A stretch of DNA of 64,000 nt from Clostridia bacterium (GCA_017450965.1 JAFSSQ010000080.1:19330-83329), one strand, 5' to 3'; positions 1 through 10,077 are shown, counted from the stretch's first letter. Notes: generated by a model not told the origin, from the sequence alone. Numbers and translations are program-made.

Positions 1-344
1 TTTTTCTCGCGTTCCAGCCTGGAGAGCGGGCGGAAAACGGCGTTGTGCTCCACGTCGGAGATGAGGACGCACCCTCCGCCCCGGACGATCCCCTTGATCG
101 CGGTATTAAGTGCGTGAGTGGCGTTCAGCGTAAAAACGACCCGCTCCGGCTCGTCGGCGCCGAAGTATTCGGCGAGGATCTCCCTCGCTTTGTATACCGC
201 GGCGGCGGAAGCGACGGCGGCTTTGTGGGCGCTCCGGCCCGGATTGCCCGCGCAGAGCCTGAGGGAGGAGCTCACGGCGGCATAGACCGACTCGGGCTTC
301 GGGTAGGAGGTCGCGGCGTTATCGAGATAGACGAGCGGTTTCAA
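1..344 (-). CDS. Class V aminotransferase / cysteine desulfurase family protein, N-terminal part only (gene runs off the left edge)
   Basis: My own minus-strand translation from a TTG at 344 gives LKPLVYLDNAATSYPKPESVYAAV...ERVVFTLNATHALNTAIKGIV...ISDVEHNAVFRP. This is a typical N-terminus of NifS/IscS/CsdA-like PLP enzymes. It has a TTGA start/stop overlap with the upstream DUF3343-like gene. It is absent from the ORF track because it is open at the window edge. Confidence 0.7.
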   Translation of the reverse strand, partial: MKPLVYLDNAATSYPKPESVYAAVSSSLRLCAGNPGRSAHKAAVASAAAVYKAREILAEYFGADEPERVVFTLNATHALNTAIKGIVRGGGCVLISDVEHNAVFRPLSRLEREK

Positions 345-568
345 AAGCGGTCTCCCGGGCTTGTTTCATAGGGAATATTGCGCTCGTCGAGAAAGAGAAC
401 GGCGGAAGGGAGGTCCCGCGTGTCGACGCGGAGCGAATAGACGCAGCCGCGGCCCGCGCGGGAGGAATCGTGTTTGACGAGGTCGCTGCGGATCCTGTGT
501 TCGCGCAGCAGCTTTTGCGCCTTGAGCGCGTTTGTCTGTGAGCCTAACGTGATAATAGAACGTTGCAT
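341..568 (-). CDS. DUF3343-like small protein (putative Se/S carrier-like domain)
   Basis: ORF track 341..586. I prefer the ATG at 568 (MQRSIITLGSQTNALKAQKLL...GCVYSLRV...) because GGAGGG lies about 7 nt upstream. The sequence pattern and the pairing with a cysteine-desulfurase-type gene are typical of DUF3343. Confidence 0.55.
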   Translation of the reverse strand: MQRSIITLGSQTNALKAQKLLREHRIRSDLVKHDSSRAGRGCVYSLRVDTRDLPSAVLFLDERNIPYETSPGDRF

Positions 569-718
569 GATTTCCCTCCGCGGCAAAAGAATTGCCGCAT
601 TGACAGACTATGCAGGCGCCGCGGGGGAGGGAACAAAACGGGATTGCCTTTTCTTCTGAAAAGGAATACGGCAACGGGAGAAAACAGCGGATTTTCTCCC
701 GATATTTCCCCCGCGGCG

Positions 719-747
719 TTGACTTTTATTGTTTTAGTATGTATAAT
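719..747 (+). promoter_or_regulatory. Sigma-A-type promoter candidate for the nusB operon
   Basis: TTGACT (719-724), 17 nt spacer, TATAAT (742-747), in an AT-rich intergenic stretch 37 nt upstream of the nusB ATG. Confidence 0.6.
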
Positions 748-783
748 TATAAAAAAGTAATAGTAAACGGATAAGGACGTATT

Positions 784-1200
784 ATGCAAAGCAGAAGAGC
801 CGCAAGAGAAGCGATCATCGGGCTGGTTTACGAACGGGGCTTTCATGACCCCGCCGAAACGCCGGAGGAGATTTTCCGTCTGGCCGCAGAAGAACGGGAG
901 ATCGGAGACGATCCGTATATCACCGCCTGCTTTTTCGGGATTTGCGGCCATCTCGACGAGATCGACAAAAAGATCAACGAATACGCCGAGGGGTGGAGCA
1001 CGGAGCGCATCTCCGCCGTGACCCTCGCGATCCTCCGTCTCGCGGTCTACGAGCTGCTCTACGCGAAGGAAAGACTTCCGTACAGCATCGCGATCAACGA
1101 GGCGGTGGAGCTGGCGAAAGCGTACGCCGAGGACGGCGCCGCGCCGTTTCTCAACGGGATCCTCAACACGCTTGCCAAGGCAAACGGCTGCGAGGCGTGA
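784..1200 (+). CDS. nusB: Transcription antitermination factor NusB
   Basis: 138 aa with ...ISAVTLAILRLAVYELLY...INEAVELAKAY...FLNGILN. Located before xseA/xseB as in Bacillus and Clostridia. Confidence 0.9.
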   Translation: MQSRRAAREAIIGLVYERGFHDPAETPEEIFRLAAEEREIGDDPYITACFFGICGHLDEIDKKINEYAEGWSTERISAVTLAILRLAVYELLYAKERLPYSIAINEAVELAKAYAEDGAAPFLNGILNTLAKANGCEA

Positions 1201-2160
1201 ATGGAAACCGCGTTCCTCGGTCTTGATACCAGCAACTATACGACCTCGCTTTCATTGACAGCGGCGGACGGCGCGATCCTTCTGAACGCGAAGCGCCTGC
1301 TTCCGGTCAAAGAAGGGGAGGTCGGTCTCCGGCAGCAGAACGCCCTCTTTGAGCATACGAAAAATCTGCCCGCGCTCTTTGAGGAAAACGCCGCGCTCCT
1401 CTCCCGCTTCCGGGTCGCCGCGATCGGCGTTTCCGCCCGTCCGCGCGACGCGGAGGGCTCCTATATGCCTTGTTTTCTCGCCGGGGTCTCCGCGGCTTCC
1501 GCCGCCGCCTCGTCCGCCGGGATCCCGCTTTTCCGCTTTTCGCATCAGGCGGGGCATATCCGCGCCGCGCTCTCCGGCGCCGGGCTGGAGCCGGAGGGGC
1601 GCTTTACCGCGCTGCACGTGTCCGGCGGGACGACCGAGATGCTCCTCGCAAAGAAAACGCCGGACGGCTACGATACCCGCATCACCGGCGGCACGCTTGA
1701 TCTGTGCGCCGGGCAGGCGATCGACCGTACCGGCGTGATGCTTGGCTTTCCGTTCCCCTGCGGACGGTATCTCGAGGAAGCGGCGCTGACCTGCACGGGT
1801 ACGCTGCCGCGGCCTCGGATCTCCGTTCACGACCGGACTTTCAATCTTTCCGGTCTGCAAAATCTGGCGGAAAAGGATTATCTCCGGTACGGGGACAAAG
1901 CCCGCACCTCGTTATTCGTTCTGGAGTTTATCGCCGCGTCGCTGAAGTGGATCATCGAGGCGCAGCTTGCCTCGTTCGGCGCGATGCCGGTCCTCTGCGC
2001 CGGCGGCGTGATGAGCAACTCCATCATCAAACGGCGCCTCGCCGGGATCAAGGGGATCGCGTTTGCCCCGCCGGAGCTTTCCGCGGACAACGCGGTCGGG
2101 ATCGCGCTGCTCGCGCGGGATCGCTGGCTTGCCGAACAGGGAGACGGGTATGGAGCTTGA
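1201..2160 (+). CDS. Kae1/TsaD-like (peptidase M22, glycoprotease) family protein
   Basis: 319 aa. The N-terminal FLGLDTSNYTTS, the HQAGH motif and ...CAGGVMSN... resemble the ASKHA-fold M22 family. The start abuts the nusB stop. The exact function is not assigned. Confidence 0.65.
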   Translation: METAFLGLDTSNYTTSLSLTAADGAILLNAKRLLPVKEGEVGLRQQNALFEHTKNLPALFEENAALLSRFRVAAIGVSARPRDAEGSYMPCFLAGVSAASAAASSAGIPLFRFSHQAGHIRAALSGAGLEPEGRFTALHVSGGTTEMLLAKKTPDGYDTRITGGTLDLCAGQAIDRTGVMLGFPFPCGRYLEEAALTCTGTLPRPRISVHDRTFNLSGLQNLAEKDYLRYGDKARTSLFVLEFIAASLKWIIEAQLASFGAMPVLCAGGVMSNSIIKRRLAGIKGIAFAPPELSADNAVGIALLARDRWLAEQGDGYGA

Positions 2161-3397
2161 AGCCGCACTTACCGTATCACAGGTCAACCGCTATCTCAAA
2201 GACCTGATAGAAGGGGATCCCGTCCTCTCCACGGTCGCCGTGGAGGGGGAGATCTCCAACTTCAAGCGGCAGTATCCTTCCGGGCATCTTTATTTTTCAC
2301 TCAAAGACGCCGAAGGGCAGCTCCGCTGCGTGATGTTCCGCTCCGCCGCCGAAACGCTGACCTTCGAGCCGAAAAACGGCGACGCCGTCCGCGCGTACGG
2401 CAGGATCTCCGTCTATCCGCGCGACGGCTCTTATCAGCTGTACTGCTTCCGGCTCCTTCGCTCCGGCGCGGGCGCTTTGTGGGAGCAGTATGAAAAGCTC
2501 AAGAAAAAACTGACGGACGAAGGTCTGTTCGATCCCGCGCGCAAGCGGCCGCTCCCCGCTTTTCCGAAAGCGGTGGGGGTGATCACCTCCCGGACCGGCG
2601 CCGCCGTGCGCGATATGATTTCCATTCTCAAACGCCGCTGTCCCTCGGTGCAGATCGTGTTCTCCGCCGCCTCAGTCCAGGGCGCGGAGGCGCCCGGAGA
2701 ACTGCGCGCCGCCCTCCGCCGGATGCAGGAGGACGGGCAGGCCGAGGTGATCCTGATCGGACGGGGCGGAGGCTCGGCGGAGGATCTCTGGGCGTTCAAC
2801 GACGAGGCCCTTTGCCGGGACATCGCCGCCTGCCGGATCCCCGTGATCAGCTGCGTCGGGCACGAAACGGACTTTACCCTCGCGGATTTCGCCGCCGACT
2901 GCCGAGCGCCGACGCCCTCCGCCGCTGCGGAGCTTGCCGTTCCGGACGCGCAGACGCTTATGCGGCAGATCGCGTCCGAACGGAGCCGGCTCCTCCGTTC
3001 GCTGGAAAGTAAACTGGCGGACCGCCGGCAATGGCTTGACTCTCTTGCCGGCCGCCCGGTTTTAACAAGTCCGACCGCCCCGATCGAGGCGCGCCGGGCG
3101 GATCTCGCCCACCGCGAGCAAACGCTCCGGGAGGCGATCCGCCGGATCCGGAACGAGAAGGCGACCCGCTTTTCCGAGCTTTCCGCCTCTCTCGCGGCGC
3201 TCGACCCGCTCTCCGTCCTCTCCCGCGGCTATTCCTTTGCCGCGGACGAAAAGGGAAAAACGGTGATGCGGGCAAAGGATGTTGTCCCGGGCGAAACGCT
3301 TTTCCTGCGTTTTTGCGACGGGACCGTCAAGGCGAGAGCCGAAGAAATCAAAATCCTGGAGGAAAACCGAAATGCCGGAAAAGAAACTGTCGTTTGA
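2150..3397 (+). CDS. xseA: Exodeoxyribonuclease VII large subunit
   Basis: ORF 2063..3397. Start moved to the ATG at 2150 (MELEAALTVSQVNRYLKDLIE...GEISNFK...), the usual XseA OB-fold N-terminus. It overlaps the previous gene by 11 nt. xseB follows. Confidence 0.9.
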   Translation: MELEAALTVSQVNRYLKDLIEGDPVLSTVAVEGEISNFKRQYPSGHLYFSLKDAEGQLRCVMFRSAAETLTFEPKNGDAVRAYGRISVYPRDGSYQLYCFRLLRSGAGALWEQYEKLKKKLTDEGLFDPARKRPLPAFPKAVGVITSRTGAAVRDMISILKRRCPSVQIVFSAASVQGAEAPGELRAALRRMQEDGQAEVILIGRGGGSAEDLWAFNDEALCRDIAACRIPVISCVGHETDFTLADFAADCRAPTPSAAAELAVPDAQTLMRQIASERSRLLRSLESKLADRRQWLDSLAGRPVLTSPTAPIEARRADLAHREQTLREAIRRIRNEKATRFSELSASLAALDPLSVLSRGYSFAADEKGKTVMRAKDVVPGETLFLRFCDGTVKARAEEIKILEENRNAGKETVV

Positions 3398-3572
3398 AGA
3401 CGCGATGAAACGGCTGGAAGAAGTCGTCAGACAGCTGGAGACCGGGAACGCGCCGCTCTCCGATTCGCTTGCGCTTTTTGAGGAGGGGATCTCCCTTGTG
3501 CGCCGCTGCAGCGACGAGCTGACCGCCGCCGAAAAAAAGATCAAGGATCTTTCCGCCGATGAAACCGATTGA
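3372..3572 (+). CDS. xseB: Exodeoxyribonuclease VII small subunit
   Basis: In-frame ATG at 3372 of ORF 3279..3572 gives MPEKKLSFEDAMKRLEEVVRQLETGNAPLSDSLALFEEGISLVR, the canonical XseB helix-hairpin, about 66 aa. Confidence 0.9.
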   Translation: MPEKKLSFEDAMKRLEEVVRQLETGNAPLSDSLALFEEGISLVRRCSDELTAAEKKIKDLSADETD

Positions 3573-4419
3573 AGAAAACGATCTGACCCTCCGGATCCGG
3601 GAGGACGCCGACGCGGTCGAACAGGCGCTTTCCGTGCGCTGGCTTGCCGACGTCGGAACGCACGCCCCTCTTCTCGGCGAGGCGATGCGCTGGGCCGTCC
3701 TCGGCGGAGGGAAACGGGTACGCGCCTTTCTCTGTCTGGAGATCGCGCGGATCCTCGCGCCCGGAACGGACGCGCTCGACTACGCCTGCGCGCTCGAGCT
3801 GCTTCACGCCTCCTCTCTCGTGCACGACGATATGCCGGAGATGGATAACGACGATATCCGCAGGGGAAAACCTTCCTGCCACAAACAGTTCGGTCCCGCG
3901 ATCGCCCTGATGGCGGGAGACGCGCTGATCGCGCTCGCTTTCCGGGCGGCGGCAGGCGACGCGGATCGCGCCGCCGAGGCCGTATCCGTTCTCTCGGAGG
4001 CGGGAGGATGGCAGGGGATCGCCTCGGGGCAGACGCTGGATCTTCTTTCCGAGGGCCGGCGGATTTCCCTTGAGGAGCTGAAAACGCTTCAGCGGCTCAA
4101 AACGGGGCGGCTGATCGTTGCGGCCGCCGAACTCGGCGCGCTTGCCGCGCGCGCGTCCGCTGAAAAAACGCGGGATTTTGCCGCGTACGCGGAAGCGATC
4201 GGGCAGGCGTTCCAGGTGACGGACGATCTTTTGGACGCGGGCGAGTCGGGCAGCGACCGCGCGCGGGATCTGGCGACCTTTCTCCGTTTTATGACGCCCG
4301 AAGAGGCGCTCGCCTACGCCGCGAAGCTGACAGAAAAAGGGAAGGACGCGATCCGCAAGTATCCCGGTACGGAGCTGCTTCTTTCTTTTGCGGACCGGCT
4401 CCTCGCAAGGACCTGCTGA
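3559..4419 (+). CDS. ispA: Polyprenyl synthetase family protein (farnesyl/geranylgeranyl diphosphate synthase, IspA-like)
   Basis: 286 aa with both Asp-rich motifs: LVHDDMPEMDNDDIRRGKPSCH and FQVTDDLLD. Conserved position after xseB. Confidence 0.88.
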   Translation: MKPIEENDLTLRIREDADAVEQALSVRWLADVGTHAPLLGEAMRWAVLGGGKRVRAFLCLEIARILAPGTDALDYACALELLHASSLVHDDMPEMDNDDIRRGKPSCHKQFGPAIALMAGDALIALAFRAAAGDADRAAEAVSVLSEAGGWQGIASGQTLDLLSEGRRISLEELKTLQRLKTGRLIVAAAELGALAARASAEKTRDFAAYAEAIGQAFQVTDDLLDAGESGSDRARDLATFLRFMTPEEALAYAAKLTEKGKDAIRKYPGTELLLSFADRLLARTC

Positions 4420-4420
4420 G

Positions 4421-5203
4421 ATGCGCGCCGACGCGCTGCTTTACGGCTCCGGCCTTGCGGAAAGCCGCTCAAAAGCGCAGCAGATGATCCGGGAGGGCTG
4501 CGTTTACGCCGGCGGCAAGCCGGTCAAAAAACCTTCGGCCGATCTGCCGGAGGATACCGTTTTTTCGATCGTCCGGCTCACGGAGAGCTTTGTCGGGCGC
4601 GGCGGGGTAAAGCTCCTTGCCGCTCTTTCCGATTTCGGCATTGACCCCGCCGGGATGCACTGCCTCGACGTCGGCGCGTCGACCGGCGGCTTTACCGACT
4701 GCCTGCTCAAAAAGGGCGCGGCGTCGGTTACCGCCGTGGACTGCGGACGCGATCAGCTCGCGCCCTCGCTCCGCGCGGATCCCCGCGTCCGGTCGGTGGA
4801 AGGTCTCAACGCCCGCTACATGACCCGGGAGGACGTGGGCGACGGCTACGATCTCGCCGTGATGGATCTTTCCTTTATCTCGCTGACCTACGTACTGCCG
4901 GCGATCCCCCCTCTGCTCGGGGAAAGCGGCAGGATCGTTGCGCTGATCAAGCCGCAGTTTGAGCTCGACGCGAAGTCCGTTTCCAAAGGCGTGGTCCGCG
5001 GCGCCGAAAAACGCCTGAAAGCGCTGGAGCGGGTCTACGACTTTCTCCCCGGCGTCGGACTGACGCCGCGCGCGTTTTCCGTTTCCCCGATCAAAGGCGG
5101 CGACGGAAACACGGAATATCTTTGTTTTCTTGAAAAAACACGGGAAGGCGGGAAACCGGCCTTCCGGCGGGACGGGCTGAAAGAGCTTGCCCGCGACCGA
5201 TGA
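4421..5203 (+). CDS. tlyA: TlyA family rRNA (cytidine-2'-O)-methyltransferase
   Basis: In-frame ATG at 4421 (MRADALLYGSGLAESRSKAQQMIREG..., S4-like domain), followed by the SAM motif LDVGASTGGFTDCLLKKGA. Confidence 0.88.
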   Translation: MRADALLYGSGLAESRSKAQQMIREGCVYAGGKPVKKPSADLPEDTVFSIVRLTESFVGRGGVKLLAALSDFGIDPAGMHCLDVGASTGGFTDCLLKKGAASVTAVDCGRDQLAPSLRADPRVRSVEGLNARYMTREDVGDGYDLAVMDLSFISLTYVLPAIPPLLGESGRIVALIKPQFELDAKSVSKGVVRGAEKRLKALERVYDFLPGVGLTPRAFSVSPIKGGDGNTEYLCFLEKTREGGKPAFRRDGLKELARDR

Positions 5204-5212
5204 AAGGGCGAT

Positions 5213-6076
5213 ATGAAAGAAAAACCGATCCGAACCGTAGCATTGAATACCAATCCCGTCAAGGACGCCGGTCTGGCGACCTTCCGCCTGGTGGGGGCGT
5301 ATCTTCTCGAGCGGGGCTTTTCGGTCCGCGTTCCGCTGGAGTACGCGGAGGAGAACGCCGCCTTTGAAGGCTGCGGCGAGCCGGACGCGCTCTATCGCGG
5401 CGCCGACTGCGCCGTGCTGCTCGGCGGGGACGGAACGATCCTGCGCGCCGCCCGGTATACCGTTCCGGCGGGGTGCCCCATGCTGGGGATCAACCTCGGC
5501 CGGCTCGGCTTTATGACGGAGCTGGAGCCGGAGGAATACCGGACGCTCGACCGGCTCTCCTCCGGCGACTATGAGATCGAGAAGCGGATGACGCTGGCCG
5601 TCTCCGTAGCGGAAAACGGACGGCGGGTTTCCGCCTGCGAGGCCGCCCTCAACGACGCCGTGATCTCCTGCGGCGCCGGACGCCGCCTGCTGGATCTTTC
5701 CCTTGCCTGCGGCGACCGGGAGGTTTCCCTTTATCGCTGCGACGGTTTGATCCTTTCCACCCCGACCGGTTCCACCGCCTACGCCATGTCGGCGGGCGGC
5801 CCGGTGCTCGATCCGCTTTTGCGCTGTCTTTCGGTCGTTCCGATCTGCCCCGTTTCTCCCGCGGCAACGCCGCTTGTTTTTGCGGGCGACGCGGTGATGA
5901 CGGTGAAAAACCGCTGCGAACGGGAGGAGAGCGTTCTTCTGACGGTGGACGGGCGGATCTCCGTCCCGGTGCCGCGGGGCGCCTCGGTCGAGTGCCGCGT
6001 TTCCCCGTACACCGCGAAGATGATCAAACTGAAGGACAACCGCTTTTTCTCCGTTCTGAAACGGAAGATCAACTGA
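5213..6076 (+). CDS. nadK: NAD(+) kinase
   Basis: 287 aa with the GGDGTILRAAR motif, NDAVI and STPTGSTAYAMSAGGP. Confidence 0.92.
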   Translation: MKEKPIRTVALNTNPVKDAGLATFRLVGAYLLERGFSVRVPLEYAEENAAFEGCGEPDALYRGADCAVLLGGDGTILRAARYTVPAGCPMLGINLGRLGFMTELEPEEYRTLDRLSSGDYEIEKRMTLAVSVAENGRRVSACEAALNDAVISCGAGRRLLDLSLACGDREVSLYRCDGLILSTPTGSTAYAMSAGGPVLDPLLRCLSVVPICPVSPAATPLVFAGDAVMTVKNRCEREESVLLTVDGRISVPVPRGASVECRVSPYTAKMIKLKDNRFFSVLKRKIN

Positions 6077-6086
6077 AGGAGCCAAG

Positions 6087-6542
6087 ATGAAAAACAAACG
6101 CCAGGATAAGATCCTTGAAATGGTGGAGCGTTACGATATCGAGACGCAGGAGGAGCTGATCACCCGCCTCCGCGAGCTCGGCTTTGACGTGACGCAGGCC
6201 ACCATCAGCCGCGATATCCGGGAGCTGAAGATCACGAAGGTATCGACGGGAAAAGGCGGTTATAAATACGTCGTTCCGCAGATTTACGAGGGCGGAAATC
6301 TGAAGTTCCAGAACGCGCTCTCGGAATCCATCGTCAAGGTGGACTGGGCGATGAATCAGATCATCATCAAGACCTTTCCCGGGATGGCGCAGGCGATCGC
6401 CGCGGCGATCGACGGGATCGACGACCCGCAGATCCTCGGCTGTGTGGCGGGGGACGACGCGATCATCGTAGTCATGCGGACGGTGAGCGCCGCGGAAACG
6501 CTCGGCCCGCAGCTGCGCCAGCGCATCCGCAGCCTCGGCTGA
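6087..6542 (+). CDS. argR: Arginine repressor
   Basis: 151 aa. Winged-helix N-terminus (QEELITRLRELGFDVTQATISRDIRELK) and C-terminal GCVAGDDAIIVV oligomerisation/arginine-binding domain. Classic argR-recN pairing. Confidence 0.92.
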   Translation: MKNKRQDKILEMVERYDIETQEELITRLRELGFDVTQATISRDIRELKITKVSTGKGGYKYVVPQIYEGGNLKFQNALSESIVKVDWAMNQIIIKTFPGMAQAIAAAIDGIDDPQILGCVAGDDAIIVVMRTVSAAETLGPQLRQRIRSLG

Positions 6543-6565
6543 CGAAAAGGAAAGAAGGGCGCGTT

Positions 6566-8260
6566 ATGCTCGCTTCTCTGCACATTGAAAACCTTGCGGT
6601 CATCAAAAAAACAGAATTGGATTTTCACGAAGGCTTTACCGTCCTCACAGGAGAGACGGGCGCGGGAAAATCCATCCTGATCGACGGCATCGGTCTGCTC
6701 TGCGGATCGCGGGCGGACAAAAATATGATCCGGACGGGGGCGGACTCCGCTCTCGTTTCCGGGTATTTCGTCGGTCTCTCCTCCGCCTGCCGGACCGTGC
6801 TTGCCGAAAACGGGCTCGGGCCGGAGGAGGACGAGGCGATGTTCTCCCGTTCGCTCTCCTCGGACGGGCGTTCCGTCTGCCGGATCAACGGCAGGCAGGT
6901 CCCGCTTTCCGTGTATAAGGAAGCGGTCGGTTCTCTCATCAACATTCACGGACAGCAGGATAACTGGAGCCTGACGCAGGAAGCCGCGCAGGCGGATATG
7001 CTCGACCGGTACGCAAAAGACGAAAAGGAAAAAGAGGCGTATCGTCTCTCCTTTGCCCGATACAAAGAAGCGGAGCAGGCGCTCGCCGATCTGAAGCGCG
7101 ACACAGCGCGGGCGGACGAGGAGCGGGAGATGCTCTCGTTCCGCGCAAACGATCTTGCCGGCGCAAAGCTGAAGGAGGGAGAGGAAGAAAAGCTCCTTGC
7201 CGAACGGATCCTCCTCCAGAACGCCGAGCGCATCGAAAAGCAGACCTCGTTCGTTCATCGCGCGCTCACGGGCGGGGAAAAGGTAAACGCGGTTTACGTG
7301 GTGGATCGCTCCGCTTCCGCTCTCCGCGGTCTCTCCGACGTTTCCCCCGAATACGCCGTGCTCGCCGAGCGCCTGGAAACGATCAAATACGAGCTTGAAG
7401 ATATTTCCGAGACGGCGGTGCGCATCTCCGGCGCGCCCTCCGGCAATCCCACCGAACTGCTCACCGCGCTGGAAAGCCGCCTTGACCGGATCGAACGACT
7501 GAAAAAGAAATACCGCGCCGACGTCCCGCAGCTTTTGCGGCTGCTCGAGGAGACCAAAGACCGTCTTTCGCTTCTTGAAAACGCGGAGGGCGAGACGGAG
7601 GAGCGGGAAAAGGCGCTCTCGGCCGCGTACCGGGAGCTGGAAACGGCGGCGGCGGCGCTGACGGAGGCAAGACTGGAAGCGGCGCTCGCCCTTTCCGCCG
7701 GGATCGGCTCGCAGCTGGATTTCCTTGATATGCCGAACGTGCGCTTTCTCGTTTCCGTTTCCCCCAAACGGACGGAGGACGGGAAAACGCTCTATACGCA
7801 GAACGGAGCGGACGAGATCTCCTTTCTGCTTGCCGGAGGGGAGGAGGAAGTGCCGAAACCCCTCTCAAAGATCGCGTCCGGCGGCGAGCTTTCCCGCATC
7901 ATGCTGGCGGCAAAGTCCGTCTTCTGTGAAGCGGACGCGGTCGCCACGATCATTTACGACGAGGTGGACGCCGGCGTTTCCGGCCGGACGGCGCGCAAGA
8001 TCGGGATCAAACTGAAGGAGACCGCGCAAAACGCGCAGGTTTTCTGCGTGACGCACTCCGCGCAGATCGCCTCGCTTGCACAAACCCACGTCAAAGTGCT
8101 TAAACTTTTGAAAGACGGACAATACGAATCGCACGTCCGGGAGCTTGACCGTCTCGAGAGGATCGACGAACTGGCGCGCATCCTCGGCGGCATCAGCATC
8201 ACCGACGCGCAGCGCAGAGCCGCAAAGGATCTCATAAGCGAAGAGACCGGACTGGAATAA
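6566..8260 (+). CDS. recN: DNA repair protein RecN
   Basis: 564 aa with MLASLHIENLAVIKK, Walker A GETGAGKS, a long coiled coil, the SGGELSR signature and YDEVDAG Walker B. Confidence 0.95.
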   Translation: MLASLHIENLAVIKKTELDFHEGFTVLTGETGAGKSILIDGIGLLCGSRADKNMIRTGADSALVSGYFVGLSSACRTVLAENGLGPEEDEAMFSRSLSSDGRSVCRINGRQVPLSVYKEAVGSLINIHGQQDNWSLTQEAAQADMLDRYAKDEKEKEAYRLSFARYKEAEQALADLKRDTARADEEREMLSFRANDLAGAKLKEGEEEKLLAERILLQNAERIEKQTSFVHRALTGGEKVNAVYVVDRSASALRGLSDVSPEYAVLAERLETIKYELEDISETAVRISGAPSGNPTELLTALESRLDRIERLKKKYRADVPQLLRLLEETKDRLSLLENAEGETEEREKALSAAYRELETAAAALTEARLEAALALSAGIGSQLDFLDMPNVRFLVSVSPKRTEDGKTLYTQNGADEISFLLAGGEEEVPKPLSKIASGGELSRIMLAAKSVFCEADAVATIIYDEVDAGVSGRTARKIGIKLKETAQNAQVFCVTHSAQIASLAQTHVKVLKLLKDGQYESHVRELDRLERIDELARILGGISITDAQRRAAKDLISEETGLE

Positions 8261-8273
8261 GGATCGGAATAAG

Positions 8274-9191
8274 ATGACAGATTTGATCAGAGAGTTTGCC
8301 GCCGCTTGCCGGCGGGAGATCGCTTCGGCGGAGGTGATCGAGGACTACCCCCTCGGGGAAAAGACCACCATGAAGGCGGGAGGGAACGCCGCTCTCTGCG
8401 TCCTGCCGAAAAACCGGGACGCGCTTGTCTCCGTTTTGCGTCTGCTGCGGCGGTTTCCGGTGCGCCGCGCCGTTCTCGGCCACGGCTCCAATCTTGTCGT
8501 CTCCGACAGCGGTTTTTCCGGCGTTGTCGTGCGGACGGAGGAGGTGCGGGAGATCCGCATCTCGGGGACGGAGGTGAAGGCGGACGCGGGCGTGATGCTC
8601 TCCGCTCTTGCCGGCGCCGTCTGCGAAGCGGGGCTCTCCGGGCTTGAGTTTGCCTCCGGAATCCCCGGCACCGTCGGGGGCGCCTGCTATATGAACGCGG
8701 GGGCATACGGCGGCGAGACGGCGGCCGTTCTCGAGAGCGTTGCCTGTCTCGATATGCGGGACGGGACGGTCCGCGAGCTGCCCGCTTCCGAATGCCGGTA
8801 CGCTTACCGCCACAGCCTCTTTATGGAGGAGAAGGATCTGGTTATCCTTTCCTGCACGCTCCGCCTCGTTTGCGGCGATCGGGAGGAGATCTCCGCCGCG
8901 ATGAAGAAAAACCGGGAGGCGCGCAAGGAGAAGCAGCCGCTTGAATACCCGAGCGCCGGCAGCTTTTTCAAACGGTGTGAGGGGCATTTTACCGCGCAGA
9001 TGATCGACGAGGCGGGGCTGAAGGGCTTTTCGGTCGGCGACGCGCAGATCAGCGAAAAGCACGCCGGGTTTCTCATCAACCGGGGACGCGCAAGCGCGCA
9101 CGACATCTATGAACTCTCCGAGATCGTCCGTCTGACGCTGAAAAAGCGGTACGGCGTGGAGATACACAGAGAGGTGGAGTTTCTTGGATAA
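8274..9191 (+). CDS. murB: UDP-N-acetylenolpyruvoylglucosamine reductase
   Basis: 305 aa. FAD-binding domain (GGNA..., LGHGSNLVV) and C-terminal SAGSFFKR...GDAQISEKHAGFLIN. Confidence 0.92.
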   Translation: MTDLIREFAAACRREIASAEVIEDYPLGEKTTMKAGGNAALCVLPKNRDALVSVLRLLRRFPVRRAVLGHGSNLVVSDSGFSGVVVRTEEVREIRISGTEVKADAGVMLSALAGAVCEAGLSGLEFASGIPGTVGGACYMNAGAYGGETAAVLESVACLDMRDGTVRELPASECRYAYRHSLFMEEKDLVILSCTLRLVCGDREEISAAMKKNREARKEKQPLEYPSAGSFFKRCEGHFTAQMIDEAGLKGFSVGDAQISEKHAGFLINRGRASAHDIYELSEIVRLTLKKRYGVEIHREVEFLG

Positions 9192-10077
9192 ACAGGAACG
9201 CGCGCCGTTTTCCCTCCGGTTGAAAGAGGAGCTTTGCGATCTCGAGGTAAAAAAGCAATGCTGCCGCAGGGCCGAAGTGTTCGGGCTTTTGCTCTCCGGC
9301 GCCTCGCTTGACGGGGAGACGGTTTCCCTTTCCCTGCGCGAGGAGCTCGCCCCGCTGGTGGGAAAACTCATCCGCGAGCAGTTTACCCGCGAGCCGGAGG
9401 AGAAAAGGCGGGCGGGAGGATCCGTATCGCTCTCGTTTTCCTCCCGGGCCGCGGCTCGTTTTCTCGCACAGCCGGAGACCCTCCTTTCCGCCCTCCGCTG
9501 CCCCGACTGCGCCGCTCTCGCCGTGCGGGGGATGTTTCTCGGCGGAGGCGGGATCAACGCGCCGACCGAAAGCAACTATTTCCAGATCGCGGCGCCTGGG
9601 TTCGAGCGGTGCCTTGCCGCCAAAACGGCGGCGGCGTCCGCCGGGATCGCGCTTTCCGCCGGGAAGCGCCGCGGACGGCACTATCTCTATCTGAAAAAAA
9701 GGCAGGCGATCGAGGACGCGATCGCGATCCTCGGCGCGAAGCTCTGCTATTTTGAATATCTGAACGCGGGGATCGAAAAAGACGCCCGAAACGACGCCAA
9801 TCGCGCGTCCAATTTTATCACGAGCAACATCCAGAAGACGGTCGACGCCGCGCAAAATCAGACCAAAACGATCCGCCGTCTCTCCGAGGAGGGCAAGCTC
9901 TCCCATCTGCCGCCCGAGCTGCAGGAAACGGCGAAGGCGCGGATGGAGAACCCCTCGCTCTCTCTTGAACGGCTGGGGATGCTCTTTAACCCGCCGGTTT
10001 CCAAATCCGGGATGTACCACCGGCTGGAGAAGATCATGGCGTTTGCCCGCGAAACGCGGCAATCGGAAAAGAAGTAA
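9184..10077 (+). CDS. whiA: DNA-binding protein WhiA
   Basis: 297 aa with a TTG start overlapping the murB stop. Contains FSLRLKEELC, degenerate LAGLIDADG-like domains and the C-terminal HTH ...PVSKSGMYHRLEKI. Confidence 0.85.
   Translation: MDKQERAPFSLRLKEELCDLEVKKQCCRRAEVFGLLLSGASLDGETVSLSLREELAPLVGKLIREQFTREPEEKRRAGGSVSLSFSSRAAARFLAQPETLLSALRCPDCAALAVRGMFLGGGGINAPTESNYFQIAAPGFERCLAAKTAAASAGIALSAGKRRGRHYLYLKKRQAIEDAIAILGAKLCYFEYLNAGIEKDARNDANRASNFITSNIQKTVDAAQNQTKTIRRLSEEGKLSHLPPELQETAKARMENPSLSLERLGMLFNPPVSKSGMYHRLEKIMAFARETRQSEKK

Noticed and set aside
675-699. Hairpin gggagaaaa-cagcgga-ttttctccc in the DUF3343/nusB intergenic region as a terminator or riboswitch
   Set aside because: There is no adjacent U-run on either strand and no upstream gene to terminate. 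It lies between divergent promoters, so it may be an operator or a leader structure, but I cannot support a call.
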